Assembly (NCBI GenBank): GCA_002269645.1 | Contig: NIVC01000290.1 | Span: 89,108 to 153,107, forward strand | Direction of reading: 5' to 3' | Source: Macrostomum lignano | Taxonomy: Eukaryota | Length of the DNA: 64,000 nt | Shown: positions 32,442 through 46,194 of the stretch, in pieces | Layout: the number at the start of each line of letters is the position of its first letter | How positions within the stretch are numbered: the first letter of the stretch is position 1 | Notes under the pieces: model-generated | Told to the model about the DNA's origin: nothing | Database searches by the model: none | The model's input: the letters and a program-made list of their open reading frames with translations, nothing else | Position numbers and translations under genes: made by a program

Positions 32442-33343
32442 AATATTAGTATAGACAAGTTTAAAATATGATAGTTTATTTGTTTTTAATGTATATAATG
32501 TTTATTTGTTACCTTTTAATGTATATAAAGGTAAAGAACATTTTAAAGGTAGAAACAAACTGGTAGTTATAATAAATAATAGTAAGATTTTAATAAGTCA
32601 AGATTAGGCCTATTTATAAAAACATTACAAAAATGTATCTTACTAATGGTCTTTGACTTTAGCCAAATATATTATAACCTACAAAATATTAACAATTGAA
32701 GATATAAAGTGTTTTTAACTTTGAATATTTGCAATTACAATTTGCAATTACAATATATTAGTATAAGGTCTGCCTAGGCACCACACTCTAGATCATGTAA
32801 TATATATTGAAAATTTAGATATACATTGGCTTTGCACTTTTAAAATTCTTATTGGTAGTCTTACCCCTACTAATAGGCCATAGTACTTTTATAGACAATA
32901 TAGCTATAATAACCCCCACTCTTGTATCTTATATATATATATATACACTAGAAAACTCTAGTATACAACAGACTAGAAAAAATGGTTGACAAAAAGTATC
33001 TAGCAATAAAAAAATCTACTAGAAAATTATGCTACAGAACTAATATATGGGTATTTCTTTTTAATGACAGTCGTGACTATGGTGTCTAATTTAGTGAATA
33101 AAATTGCCTAATTGTTACAGGTGACTCTAAAAATGGCTTACCATCAATATATAGGAAGCTATATGTCAGATTACAAGGCTTACTCTCCTACATACTGTCT
33201 AGCAAATTTTTTATTAAAGAAAGATAGACGTGATGGTTGTGATGTATAGAAATTCACATTGTGTAGGAAAAAATGTTTGTTGCATTTTTTCATCAAAAAG
33301 ATGACAGAATTTGCAATGCATGGCACTATTTATTATTAAGAAT

Positions 33344-33620
33344 CCTGATTGCAGCGCATGGGCATTTTGGCGGACGGCGTCCGGCGCGGATCTAATACGG
33401 CGCGGCGCGGCGCATACGCGCGCGGCGATTAGTACGGCGCGGCGCAGTACTAATTAGATGCCGAGGCATTTAGGCTTGATAAGACAGTCATAGTTACTCC
33501 TGCCGTTTACCCAAAACTGCGTTAACTTTGCTTTAGGTTTCTTTCACAGGTAAGTCATTTCACAGCGTGGCGCAGGTTGTGTAGGCGTCTGGCGTACTTA
33601 AGCCATGCGCTGCAATAGGG
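33344..33620. mobile_element. 277-bp MITE with 8-bp TSD, carrying a 28S rRNA-like fragment
   Basis: TIRs CCTGATTGCAGCGCATGG / CCATGCGCTGCAATAGGG (16/18 match). TTAAGAAT occurs at 33336-33343 and 33621-33628. Confidence 0.78.
33449..33512 (-). other. 64-nt fragment resembling eukaryotic 28S rRNA helix 69-71 (not an rRNA gene)
   Basis: Reverse complement GGGTAAACGGCAGGAGTAACTATGACTGTCTTATCAAGCCTAAATGCCTCGGCATCTAATTAGT versus the canonical GGGTAAACGGCGGGAGTAACTATGACTCTCTTAAGGTAGCCAAATGCCTCGTCATCTAATTAGT (recalled from memory): 54/64 ungapped. Confidence 0.85.
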
Positions 33621-34107
33621 TTAAGAATGAGTAGCACTTTGACTGTTGAGAAGCATTATAGCATTAGACATGTGCATTAACCAAAAAAATCTAACTTGTT
33701 TAAACTGACAGTTGTACCATGATGGTTGTGACATTTCAGAATTTTAACAAAAATCGTTACTTTTTGTATAAGAAACCGTGTAAAATATTGATTGTGGCAC
33801 TTTATTTGTCTAAGTACTTACACATCAATGATTATTCTACTTCTTTATTTCAGATTCGATCATGCTCTGGCCATCATTCTGCAGTGCTGGGCAATAATGG
33901 TACCGGCCTGATGACAACAGAGGTAAAGCTGACTGACATTAAGATATTGCATTGATTGAAATATATTGTGAACAATTTGGATACTTACAAATTACTCATA
34001 TTGACTGACAGCAAAAGCAACCTTCAACAATGGGCTAATTTGGCTTGCATTTGTTTTTTTTGTAGCCAGTGAGTGATGCATGTGAGCAGTGTACCAGTAC
34101 TTAAAGT

Positions 34108-34548
34108 TCAAAGATTGGAAAACTTGAAGTGGCCTCGTGCATCCACTGGTTCAGGAGGCGTAATTTTGCACAGGACATCACTTTCCTGGTAGTAAATTGC
34201 ATCCTTTCTTTTGGGCCAGATATAGTGCAGTGGCCCTCGCTTGTTCATTACATTCACTTTGAAGTGACGCGAACCATCGTCATCAATGACCTTTGTGACC
34301 TGCTCAGGGTACTGCTGCTCATTGTACACAACTAGCACCCAATCACCAACGATTACTTGGGCGAGAGAGGCTTGTAGATTGTTTGATGGCTCTAGCTGCT
34401 CCCTCAGTTGTTCAGGCTCTCTTTCGGGCTGCACAGCAACTGCAGGGGTAGGAATGTCAGTCACCGAATAGGGTGAGCAGAAGACATTAGGTTGCGTTAC
34501 ATCAGTACACCAGAAGTGTTGGCCTTTGATGCCTGGTACCTACATGTA
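34108..34548 (-). pseudogene. Orphan terminal exon of a transposon-type protein with a C-terminal SH3/Tudor-like barrel
   Basis: After the acceptor TGTAG|GTA it reads VPGIKGQHFW... then VGDWVLVVYNEQQYPEQVTKV..VNVM..G..YIWP.RKD.IYY...DVL.KI.PPEPV..RG.F.F. No upstream exons were found. Confidence 0.5.
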
Positions 34549-34997
34549 AAAAAGATTTGATAATGCATTGAGTTCTCTGCTGCTGTTTTCACCATGGCTG
34601 ATCAGCTAGAATCAGTGGCTGAAATGATCAGTTCTAGAATGAGAAATGATACCTAGGCCTAGCTCAAAAACATTGATTGCAAATCTGTAATTACATAACA
34701 CAATTCTTTTGTTAAAAAAACAAATTTTTCAATACCTTGGGGATGCTGGCTACGCTTAAATGATGGTCGTGACATGATGGTTGCACTTATCTTTGATGCT
34801 TTTTTTCCAATGAAAGGATGACTCTATATTAATAATTTTTAATAATTGTCTAACTATTAATGAACTAAATACAATTGAATTGTTTTGATAAGAACTGATT
34901 TCCCGATTTATCCAAGACAAAACTATATTGATGTAAAATCTGATGGTTGCACTTTTACACTGCTGCAACTTTGTTAGTGTTCCCCACAACATACAAT

Positions 34998-37900
34998 CAA
35001 GGACCACTAGAAGTTACCGTTGTATCAGGACGCAACACTCGTAAATATTGCAAAATTATTTGAAGGCCCGCTTGTTTGCATTGCAGCTTAACTTTAAATG
35101 CTCATAACTCCGGACTGGTTGCACTTTGAAAGATAATTTTTTCGCCAGGTTGCTCGAAATTTTGTTCTCTTAAACATATAACAAACTTTAGCGCTATATC
35201 TACATGTAGGAGCGGCGGGCGTACAGTAAAGTAACGGCAATACACAATATTTCATTGCATACAAAATGAATAAAGTTTCAGTTACTTCAATTATTGCCTC
35301 CTAGTCTCGATAAAGTAGCAGACCATACAACATACTCTGTAGTTGGAAGCTTTATAAAGCGGATAATCTGTACAGAGTTCAGTGGGCTGCAAAGGCGTCA
35401 CTTCACTATCAAAAACCAGTATTATAAAAATCAGAAAGGCGCAGTATTTTTGAAATCTTGGCACACCTGCCCAACAAGAACTCCAACATTCATAATCTTT
35501 CTTTTGCTGTTCAAATGAACAGTAGGAGTCAAATAAAACTTGTACAGTAGCACAACTTTATTTGTATTTAAGTTCAATTTCGATATAAAAACCTCTAATT
35601 TCATAAAGAATACATGCGAAATAAGAAAACAAAGTCAAAAAGCAACAATAAGCCAATGTATTTTAAACTTAAACTTTCATACCAATCAAGTCATTCTGTC
35701 TAAAAAATCTCTTAAAATCACAAAGCATAATGAATCACAGTACTTCACCATGTTAGCTCAGCAGACATTGATGGATGAACATCTAGATTGGATGATTTGG
35801 CACACCTGAAATGAAACCAATTTGGGATTAATAAATACCTGCTTTGCAATGAACAACAAAACAAGCCTTGTTTTGAGTAAATGAATACATTTTCTCTATA
35901 ACCTAATATGTATGAAACAAAGCTTAAACCATCAAATCACAGCTGGTTTAACTAACATGAAACTGACAAACTAACAAATTAAAGTACATTGAATATGGAT
36001 ATAAAGGTAATGATAATAAGAAACTGTAGTTAAACTAAACAAACATCTCAACCGTCAATCTGCAACATTTTTAAACAATATGGTTCATAAAATAATTGTC
36101 AATGACAAGACTAACAACCTACTTATTGCACTGATGAAAAACAAGATAAGGTTTACAATCTTGTATAAAGATAGTTAGAACAATAGCTTTAGATAAGTCT
36201 ATAAATGGTATACATCCGGCTATATAGAATTGTCTTAGGCCTAATAAATAAGGAAAGAGAATTATACACATTTAGACTTCAAAGTATATTCAATTGTGAA
36301 TTTATATACTCTAATATATTGCTGTATTGACAACAAAAAACTATAACAAACTATAAGCCATGTTGCTAGGAATGCTAGTTAAACAAACAAATAAATCTTA
36401 CACATTGTTTACACATTGTCTATAACACTGTGTAAAACTATATTTGTCTTTAGACTAAAATGTTTTTTTCCTATTTGTCATTCTAATGTATAGTAAAAAA
36501 TAGTACTCCTTTACCCTTGACTTCAGTTTTGAACATATAACTTCAGCTTAGTGAAATGATATAATTAATCTAATCCAAATCAAATCTAATCTAATTCTAT
36601 AATTCTATTCAGTATAGCAAAAATGAGTGTCTTGTTCTAAAGTGGTATTGGTAAATGATTTACTTAAACAGCATAGCTCAACCAATTTTGAAGCATTTAA
36701 CTTCACTTAGCTATAAAATCAACAATCAGGTAACTAGAATACAAAAAAATAATCAACAGACTTATTAATGACTTTTAAAAACAATTTTTGCATGTAAAGG
36801 GTAATAGATGCCTACAAAATTATAAACAAAACTGTACATTTGACAAAACTGTCAACAATTTTCTAACAAACAGTAGAATGTTAGCCTGTAAGTAATTAAA
36901 TAGATGCCTACAAAAATATGAACAAAACTGTACATTTGACAAAACTGTCAACAACTTTCTAACAAACAGTAGAATGTTATCCTGTAAGTAATTAAATAGA
37001 TGCCTCCAAAAATATGAACAAAACTGTTCAAACTTTTTAATAGACTCAACTAACTTAAGCAAACTTAAATTGATACAAAAGCTTGCAATAAATTATAGCT
37101 ATCCCCAAAGTATATAAAAAATTCATGGGCTTCAAGAAATACATCTGAGTATGCCAGCAATTGGTCAACTAGCCAGAGTGTGATAATAAAGAATGTAGCA
37201 AATCATTCATGTTGTAGTTTACGTAGTCTACGTCCATTGGCATTGAAAGTATGCCGAGGTATCTCTGATGACTTACGCACTAGGCCTTTGAAAAAAGTAT
37301 TTGCAAGCCGGCGAGCAATAGATGATAGTTGATCCTTTTGAATATCAAAGTCAACAAGTGACTCAAAAGTATATAGAAAAAGGCGAATTGTATGGCTGGC
37401 ACACTTCAGTGACATCATACCAAAGAGTGAGTAGCACATTGATGCATAGACAATTAGCCATTCAGGAGGATGTTGCAATTTTCCTCTAGATAAAAGGTTA
37501 GTAAACTCACTATCTGGTGCCTGTACAGTTTGAGCAGGAAATACTTCAGGCACTTCTAAGGACTCCTTCATTGAAATATAGCCGCAGATATAATACAGAG
37601 TTACTCTTTCATCCAGTGATACCTCTTCAATTTGGCCTGGCAAATTATCAATTAACTCAATCTCTTCAAATGACATTGTGCCAGTACAACAGCTGTCTTG
37701 TGCTTGGCAGTTCATAGATGGTGCATCAATTTGCAGGTCTGCATACAGTTGCATTCTTCGTAGGCGGGCTGAGAGCATTATCTGCTCAACTGATATATAA
37801 TAGCAGCCCCCATGTCCTTGTCTGTAAATAGAAAATTCTCCTTCAAGTCTGTCTGATTGAAGCTCACCTAGAGAATGTGTATAAATAAAAATTAAATGAC

Positions 37901-40900
37901 TCACTTACTTTGAAAAGGTACTTTTATCTAAATCAACTTTCACTACTTACTGGTATACACTTATTCTTACCTAATAACACATAGGAAAATTTACAGTCTT
38001 TTAGTAAATATCTGCTCAGTTCAACCAGCCCTTTTGATGTCTGTATAGCAGCCTTGCGAGTTTCTGAAGTAAGCGATCATAAACGTCCAGGTCCTCGACC
38101 TCCAGGCATCCGTTCTAATACTTCGGCAAACATACTTAGTAACTTAAGATTGCTTGACTCTTCAGAGAAAATTGGACTACGTGTATCATCATGCAGCTGC
38201 ATATGAGATGTTGTTGATTTTACATTAACCACTTTCCAAAACTTAAGGATAAAATCTATAAAAGTGGCTGTACCATAAAACCCATGAAGTTGAAGAGCAG
38301 CAATTGTCTTTTCATTAAAAACTTGAAGAACTAAAGATACCTTCTGACGTTCCAATGGAGATGGATGGCATGATTGTGGACTAAGTGTTGTAGGTCGAAC
38401 AACATGAAGCTGTGATTTCTGCTCAATATCTATAATATCATTCCAATTAGCTTGACAAATAGGCCCTTCTGGTAAAAGTTGAAAGTCAATAATCTTTGAG
38501 CCTTGAGTATACCAATTATTGCGAATGTTTTTCAATAGATGAACTGTGTCATATAATAGAAACAAAGGTAGGCTTTGATCTACTGGGTTAATTGCCTTCC
38601 AGGGTGCATCCATGTTGTCAAACTGAAACTTCTGGTAGCAGATACGGTTGATGAAATGATTGTCACAAATAAGACTTACAACCTGCCCATTGCATTGATG
38701 AATAACCCTAATTAGTTTTACAATTTGTTGGAACAAGAAGTTGGGTTTTAAACTATAAACAGGAATCAGCCTAGCCACAAATGATTGGGCTCCCATGAAT
38801 GGTTTTATCATTAAGGCTAGGATAGTACGAGCCAATTGTGTTGGTACATCCTCAGCATAGCCAACTGTATGTCCACCTCGGAAACGAGCTGATGGTAAAA
38901 CGTATACTTCATCAAAAATAACAGTACACAACTTCTGTGACGGAGTCAGTTGGCCAAAATGTGTGCTCACAATGGTCTTACAATCTAAGTCTGTTCCAAC
39001 ATTACCAAGACCACCAAGATGACGCTTTAGAGTTGTAGCATGCGGTAGAGTCATAAGGTGCCTTGCTGACCGATAAGCATTAGTGCCAGATAGGAAGATC
39101 TTCATGGCTGTTAAAATGTCTGATGAATTATAATAGTGCCCATTTGATGATAAGGACAATTCCAGTTGACGAAGAAGAAACAGTTGCTTGGAGCTACATG
39201 GTAACTTTCGAATGGTTGCCACACTAGACTTGATCTCATCACTAATTGTCAATGGGGCCTGTTTGACCCTATTGACAATAGCTTCAAGTTGACTAAAGCG
39301 TTCTAGTTTCCATTGAAATCCTAGGAGGTCAGTTACCTTGACAACACTGTTCTGTCGATAGGCTTCAACAGTGAAGTCACTATTAACACAGATATAGAAT
39401 TCAACTGCACGTTCAAATATGGTCAAGAACAAAACATTCGAATCCGAAACTTGCACAAGCCAGCCAACTAAGAAGGGAAGAGCTAAAGCAGCAACTTGGA
39501 AAGCATTCCACGAACAGATTCGATCGGCTTTGTTAAATGCAGGCATTTGATCTGGTTCTTGACCACGCTGTGACAGGGAAATGCCTCTTTTAACAGCCTG
39601 CCTTGACTTCTCTAAAAATATTTTTGAATTACAAACAACAACACATTATAAAAGGCAATCCAACTTTACCTGAGCTATAGGTTATATAACATGCTATATG
39701 ATAGGGCATATTGTTAACTTACTTGGATATGTTTGGCGCATATCACTTTTCTTAGCAAATTGAAAAATAGAAGGTGGGTCCTAGGTCTTGTGAACCGCTT
39801 GACTTTTACCATGGGGGCATCATCTTCCCAATGCTTTCGGCAAATGCCCATGAACTTAGAGACATTCTACAATTTATATATAAACTTTAGAAAGTTAATT
39901 ATTTTTACTATACATTTTAATTATTCAAAAATTATATTGATCTCAATTATTTACTTTTAAAGAATAAAGTAACTCATTAAAAGGTCATTTTATTCACCTT
40001 AATAGACGATGGCAATGCATTAATCCATCGGCAATGCTCAGCCTCATCTTTAGGAAAGCCAAATATAGCTACCTTCTCTTCATTGCGATAGTTACTTCTA
40101 CAAGATGGTATGCAACATTTCATGGGCATGGTTTGATAATTTTTTGTGAGTACACTGAAATTGTTAGATTTAAAAACCAAAAAATTGAAACATTTCAGTT
40201 ATCTCACTTTACATTTTAAAATATTAGACCCAAAACATAAACTATGAAAAAACAAATGAAAGCCAAAAAGGGTTTTAATAAGTGAATAACTGTGTATTAT
40301 ATTAATGCACAGATTTGAAAGTGAACACAAACTGGTAATAAAAGAAAAACAAATAAAAAAGTAGCAGAAATATTTTTTCTTCTAAAAAAACACCAATATT
40401 AATAAATAAAGGCCTTTTAAAAAATTGTACCTAACACAATTGAAAAGCTGCTATTTGACATTAAAAATAGGTGCTGCAAATGTCTTCAAGACAGTAATAC
40501 ATTACAATATTATTACACTGATAAAAATTGGAAAAAATAGTGTTTTCAACACAAAAATAAATAGGCCTAAAGAAATTGAAAAGCCAGTATAATAAACTTT
40601 AGCCTTGTTGTTTCTAGTGGGAAACCAACTTTTAATATGCTAAAATATGTCTGCTACAAAAGGACAAAAGAATAAAAAGCATAGGTTAGTTAGCTAAAGC
40701 AACATCTTATTGGTTGGATACATTAAAAACAAATAAACTATCATTTAACTTGTCTGATACTAACATCAAGCATGAGTACATGAATTAGTCCTAGTCTTCA
40801 GTAATAATAATAATAGGCCTAATAATAATATTAATAATAATAATAACTAGGCCTAATAATCATGGTAGGCCTAGGCATAGGCCTAGTAGCTGTTGGAGTT

Positions 40901-41398
40901 TCAGTATGATAGGCCTAATGTCATATGATAGCCTGTCATAGCTAGCTAAAGTGTAAAGGCTAAGCTTATAAGTTATAAAATAATATAGACCTACTGGTTA
41001 AATTACTTTCTGGTTGATAGTAAGTTAGTTAGAAGCCCTTCTGATCCTTTGACCTTTTCTCAAGCTTTGTTGAATTCTCAGTACTATGACTAGCAGTATC
41101 TGCTGTCTGCATAAAACCATAGGGGGCCTAGGAAATATTAAAACGAGTTGCATTTAATGATATAATTACTCAAAATATCTAGATTACAGCCTAAATAAAC
41201 TATAAATACACATATTATATGAAGCTTCTGAGGCTCAAATGTAGTGTATGCTTCTTTAAAACAGTCGACTTAAGTCGAGTAGATGCTTTTTTGAAGGCAA
41301 GTACCGATAAATACACGTAAACAAGCGGGCCTTCAAATAATTTTACAATATTTACGAGTGTTGCGTCCTGATACAACGGTAACTTCTAGTGGTCCTTG
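34998..41398 (-). mobile_element. Full-length P-superfamily DNA transposon, 6401 bp
   Basis: TIRs of ~80 bp (CAAGGACCACTAGAAGTTACCGTTGTATCAGGACGCAACACTCG...) with one mismatch, a perfect 8-bp TSD CATACAAT (34990-34997, 41399-41406), and an internal THAP-P transposase. Confidence 0.93.
37203..40129 (-). pseudogene. THAP-domain P-element (THAP9-like) transposase; exons 40129-39998, 39866-39723, 39611-37971, 37867-37203
   Basis: THAP C2CH motif (CCIPSC...FP...W...CRKHW...PSIF) and catalytic motifs VIFDE, YDTVHLLKNIRN and QSDRLE. Lesions are a 1-bp frameshift near 39780 and an in-frame TGA at 38077-38079 that is followed by further conserved sequence. Confidence 0.9.
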
Positions 41399-43426
41399 CA
41401 TACAATTTTAAGTTCTAGTCAAGAAAAAAGAAATCAAGGCACTAATATAATGGTTCTGTTTAAAAAAACATGTTTTGGGCTATATAAAAGACACTATTTC
41501 ATTATATTTTGGCAATTGCAAAAAACAACAAACATTGTATTACTCTGGGCATACATGGGTGATAATATTAGAAGTCAAATTTTGTGCATATAATTAACTT
41601 TTCTAACTAAAAATATAATGAAAATCAAAGGACCAAAACTTTTACTTTATACAAGCTCCAAAAACATACTGTAATAATTTTCTTTTTTTCCTAGCCCAGT
41701 GTTACACCTTCAAAAAATACCTATATGGCATAGTTGTTGACATACAAAAGACCAAAATGTTATAATGCAAGAAGGGTCCTATATTATTGCAATAAAAAAA
41801 GGACTTCAATTAGGCCCTATGTTCTTATTCAATTATGTCCAATGTATAGGCCTAGCCCTATATCACAAGTAAATTTGTTTTTCTAATATAAATTTGAATT
41901 TATGGCATACAGACACAGTGTACACTTATTTTTTCTAGCATACCATGTGTTAGACTTAAGTGTGATAATAAACCACAATATTATTATTAGATAATTAGGT
42001 CATTGTCATTACTAACCATAGTCCATATACTAGACTATAGCTATAGTAATATATAAGCCCCTGGCTATCTTGTGTTGATGTACTAGGCCTATAATAGGCC
42101 TAGTTTTAGTTTATAAAATGCCTAATGTATAGACATTAGAACATTTCAAAAAGTAGGGGGCAGATATCATTGATGCTCCTGCCCCTTCTTACTTTAAAAG
42201 TGGCGCAGTGGGGGCATGCCCCCTCCCCTCATTCTTCTGATACCTAAAATTGATTAGTATAACAATTTTACTAATTAAATTAGCACTCTTTTGGGAGAAA
42301 CATATATCGAAACTTGCTCAGCCCCCCATTCCGACGCCTATGGGCTGATAGGCCTATTCCGAGTTTTGACTGGCTGGACTTAATCGATTGAGGAAATAAG
42401 ATTAAGCATGAAAGGGATTGATGGCAATAGCCAAAACCAATAGGACGGCAGGTCAGACAACGAGACAGGGTCTATTTTTTAGTATTAGATGTATTAACAA
42501 TTAAAAAACTAGACGAGATTAAGACTTCACTCGACTCAGACATCAGACTTCACAGCAGAGTCACACGCACTCCAAAACACACGCTCGAGAGGAGGTCCAC
42601 GTACGTCGAAACGAGCAGCGTCGTGCAGTTCAAATTTACTGAATTGCAACTTTCAATTTGCTCAAAGTAAATATCAAAATGTACGGTAAAACAATAGCAT
42701 CAAGGCCATTTTATATTTGTAAAGTACTAACAAACTAATTTTTTTGTTATTTTTTTTAATATTTTCTTATATTCCTTTAAAAATCATAAAAGTGCTGCTA
42801 TTCAATCCCCCTTGTTAAAGGACTTTTTTAAAATATTTTTTTTCTTAGAATCGATCGGTTTAACCACGATGACTGAGAGAACTTCCTGAAAAAATTACAG
42901 TTTGTCTTCTTTGTTGATTTTTCTATGTAATGAATATAGTTTTTTGCTAGCTTGTAAAGGAAAAGTTTAAGAAGTTTCGTTTTTTGCTTTGGCTGTTGCC
43001 TGCTTTAAATTTATATATATAATATATTGAAATTTAATTGATAGAATTTTGATAGAATCACAAAAGCAACTTGTCACCGAAACGACTATTTGTCATCGAA
43101 ACGTCTGTCACCGAAACGACTTGTCACCGAAACGACTGGTACCCATTGGAATGAGTCTAGCCAAAATCACACTTTCAGCCAGGATTCACGTCAGAGAGGA
43201 CAGAGACATAAATCCATCTCCGATGGTAGCGATGGAAGCAAAATGCAAAGGCAAAAAAATCCCCCCCTTTAGAGGGAACGCATCTGGGACTCTGGATGTC
43301 CCCAGTGTCCCTCTTGGCTGCACACTATGAATCACACCTCTATAACAGCCAAGGCGAATACTTTCATAAATATTGTACTTTATTCCTTGTTTATAACACC
43401 TGTATATTTGTTCTTTAGAAAGCCAA

Positions 43427-45855
43427 CTAGCAATCTAGCGCCCCCCTTCGGGGTGGCCAATAAGCAAGGGACGAATCCTTTAAAATGAAAAGAATTCTTA
43501 GGGAGGGGGCTAGGAATCGAATTCTCATTTTAATTCCGGCCCTGGGCTTATGTACCAATAAAACATGCTTGTGTAGAATTAAAAAAACTGACAATTCAAC
43601 CTACTTGCCTTCTTTCAGAGCAATAGCGTACTACTTCTGTTGCGGTGCAAGCATTACGCTCTGCAACGGCTGGAAAAGCAACTACAGCTAAAAAATTTTG
43701 TTTCCCAAAGGCCAAAGGCAACAGTTGCCTATCATGTAGGGAGTCACTGGCGTTGCACCAATTTTAATGATGTCTGCTCTTAACTGTTTTAACGGTTACA
43801 TACAAACATTGTGTCGACAATGTTATTGTATTTGGAGCCAGTGTGGTTATTTGATAGTGGATATTGCCTAGTACAATGACGTATAATTAATTGGTTTGAC
43901 TTGCTAAAAGTATTGTTTCCGTAATTTAGATTTTGTAATTTTGTACTTTTAAAATTGCAAATCAAATACCAATATTTTCCCACAGCCTAATTTCCTTTTA
44001 GCTACAGTTCTTTTTTGCAGTTTTCATGTGCTCCTAACCCTTTTAATCTTTATTCTCTCATACGGTAATTAAAACGAAATTTTATTTTAAGTCACTCGCC
44101 ACTCAACTCTAGTAAGTTATTTTACGACTTTTGTTTGACCCATTTTGCAAATCATGCATACAACTTTGAAATACATGGATTCACAGCTCTGGTTAACTGA
44201 TGCAATATATCTGTGCGACTCCTACACTAAATTCTTCATCGACATATTCAACTCCACTTGATTAATTCCTTAACTGCGAAACAAGTGTGTGATTAATGTA
44301 TAGATTTTTAACGTAATAAAAACGAACCTGTGCTTGGGCCGCTTTCACTCTCATTACCCCAGATAATAGGGAATAGGGGGCATAAGCCAGTGTACTTAGC
44401 ATGTACTGCGCTTTGGAAAAAATTCGACATCGTTGGCGCCCCAGTAAAGAGGCTTGTTAAAAAATTCTCAACCAAACTTTTCTAGCTGCCTGACAAGACT
44501 GTACTATCATATACGCCTACCCATTCCCCCAGGGGGACACACCAGTGTACTTAGCAACGTACAGTGTCGGAATAACTTCTTCATTTGCGCCCCAGCCGGT
44601 GGAGAGGGGCGCAGTCAGTCATTAGCGGAAACAAGTACAACAAAGTACCATATATACTACGCTCATAACTACATATACTTAAAGTACATGTAAAACACTG
44701 CAACCTGCTGCTACCATATTGATCACACACCCAGACCTGTACATTTGAAGCAATCTAACTAACAAAAAATCAGAATGGCTGACAATAAATATTTAAGTAT
44801 ATAAAATTTTCATTCTTCTTGACAGTCACAAATTAGAGAGCAGTCTTTCATTAATTAGTACTCAATAATCCTTTCCTCTGCGTATTCAGACGAAAACAAG
44901 AAAAACTCTGCACTGTAATGTTAATAGCAAATTTAAAAACGCAATCAAATGCAAGTAGTCATTTTATTTACTCCGTATATTTACAATTGCAAAGTCATAA
45001 AAGGATAAGAACTAAGATGTTTTTGCAGAAGGCTTCGCCAACAAGATGGTACCATAGCACAAATTCTGTTACGAATTTTTCATTGGTGTCAATCTTTCCA
45101 CTTGTTGGCTTGCTTTAGTCTGCACAGCTGGACAGAGACATTCACTTGGGGCATGTAAATTTCAGGCATTACTAATGAGCATGTAAGAATAGTTTGCAAC
45201 CCTCCTCTTTTTGCAACCAGGCTTAGGACTGGCTTCGGCAGAGTTAAAGCCATCACAACAGACTATCTGGGGTTTGCAAAGGCTGCTTCAAACCCCCTCT
45301 GGCTGCATTTGCATGCACGAGGGCCATTCCAAAAGTTCATGCAATCAGAAAATTTCTCCCACCACAAAAAGCTGCCAATTTGAGCTTCTCTCACCGCACT
45401 ATTAGACTCTCTGGCCGAACCCCTCAGCAGAATATGGACAGGATTCTTACTGAACTATCAAGACTGTCTCTGGCTCAACCCCTCAATCAGAAAATGAATC
45501 AGAATTTAATTTAAATCAAGTCTAGTGCTACGCTTCCACACTGCATTTTCAATTCAAGTCGGAGTTACAATTCAGTTATGATGCAATCTATTTTAGAATC
45601 AGAATTCAACCAGTCAGTTTGTTCTCTAGCATTCTTACAATGCATTTCAAGTCGAAAAGTTTGCTTGACCTTTGCAAAAAAGCATGTTTTTCAAATATTT
45701 AATGCCTTTAGCATCGAGCAATTTCTTAGCCACGATGCATGTACCGTCACGGGAAAATTTCTGATCGAACAGTGCAAGTTCGAACAAAATCGGTCCAGCC
45801 ATTTTTTCTCTAATCGATCACATAGACACAGACAGACCATTTTTAGTATATTGGA
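43427..45855 (-). mobile_element. Non-autonomous Helitron unit 0 (2.4 kb)
   Basis: The minus-strand 5' end TCCAATATACTAAAAATG is at 45855. The 3' end has a GC hairpin (CCCC-loop-GGGG) followed by ATTGCTAG|T at 43427. Confidence 0.8.
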
Positions 45856-46194
45856 CTAGCAATCTTCGCCCCCCGTTGGGGGACATCTGTATAGAATCTC
45901 TGTTCTCTACAAGTAACAAAAAGACAGCCAAATAAAGCCTTCACAAAGACAACAGACAAACTGCTCAAATAAAGTGTAATGCAAAAAGAAATCATCCCAA
46001 GACAGCAAGCATCCCCCAGATAGCAAGCATCCCCCAAATAGCAAGCATCCCCCAGATAGCAAGCATCCCCCAGATAGCAAGCATCCCCAAATAGTAAGCA
46101 TCCACCAGACAATAAGTAGCTAGTGCCACAATTTCCTTAGCTCTATAGTGGCTCCTTTAAAATTGGCATGACGCTTACTTTTACGTTTGAAATT

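Noticed and set aside
33449-33512. Functional rRNA gene
   Set aside because: Only ~64 nt match, helix 69 pairing is broken, and the fragment is embedded in a MITE.
31826-41398. One large composite P element bounded by the 31826 and 41398 TIRs
   Set aside because: The flank at 31818-31825 (TGCATTTA) does not match CATACAAT, whereas the 34998 end has the exact TSD.
43070-43145. Short TGTCACCGAAACGAC repeats, and GC-rich MITE-like ends at ~42150-42345
   Set aside because: These are probably TE termini, but I could not identify partner ends or TSDs.
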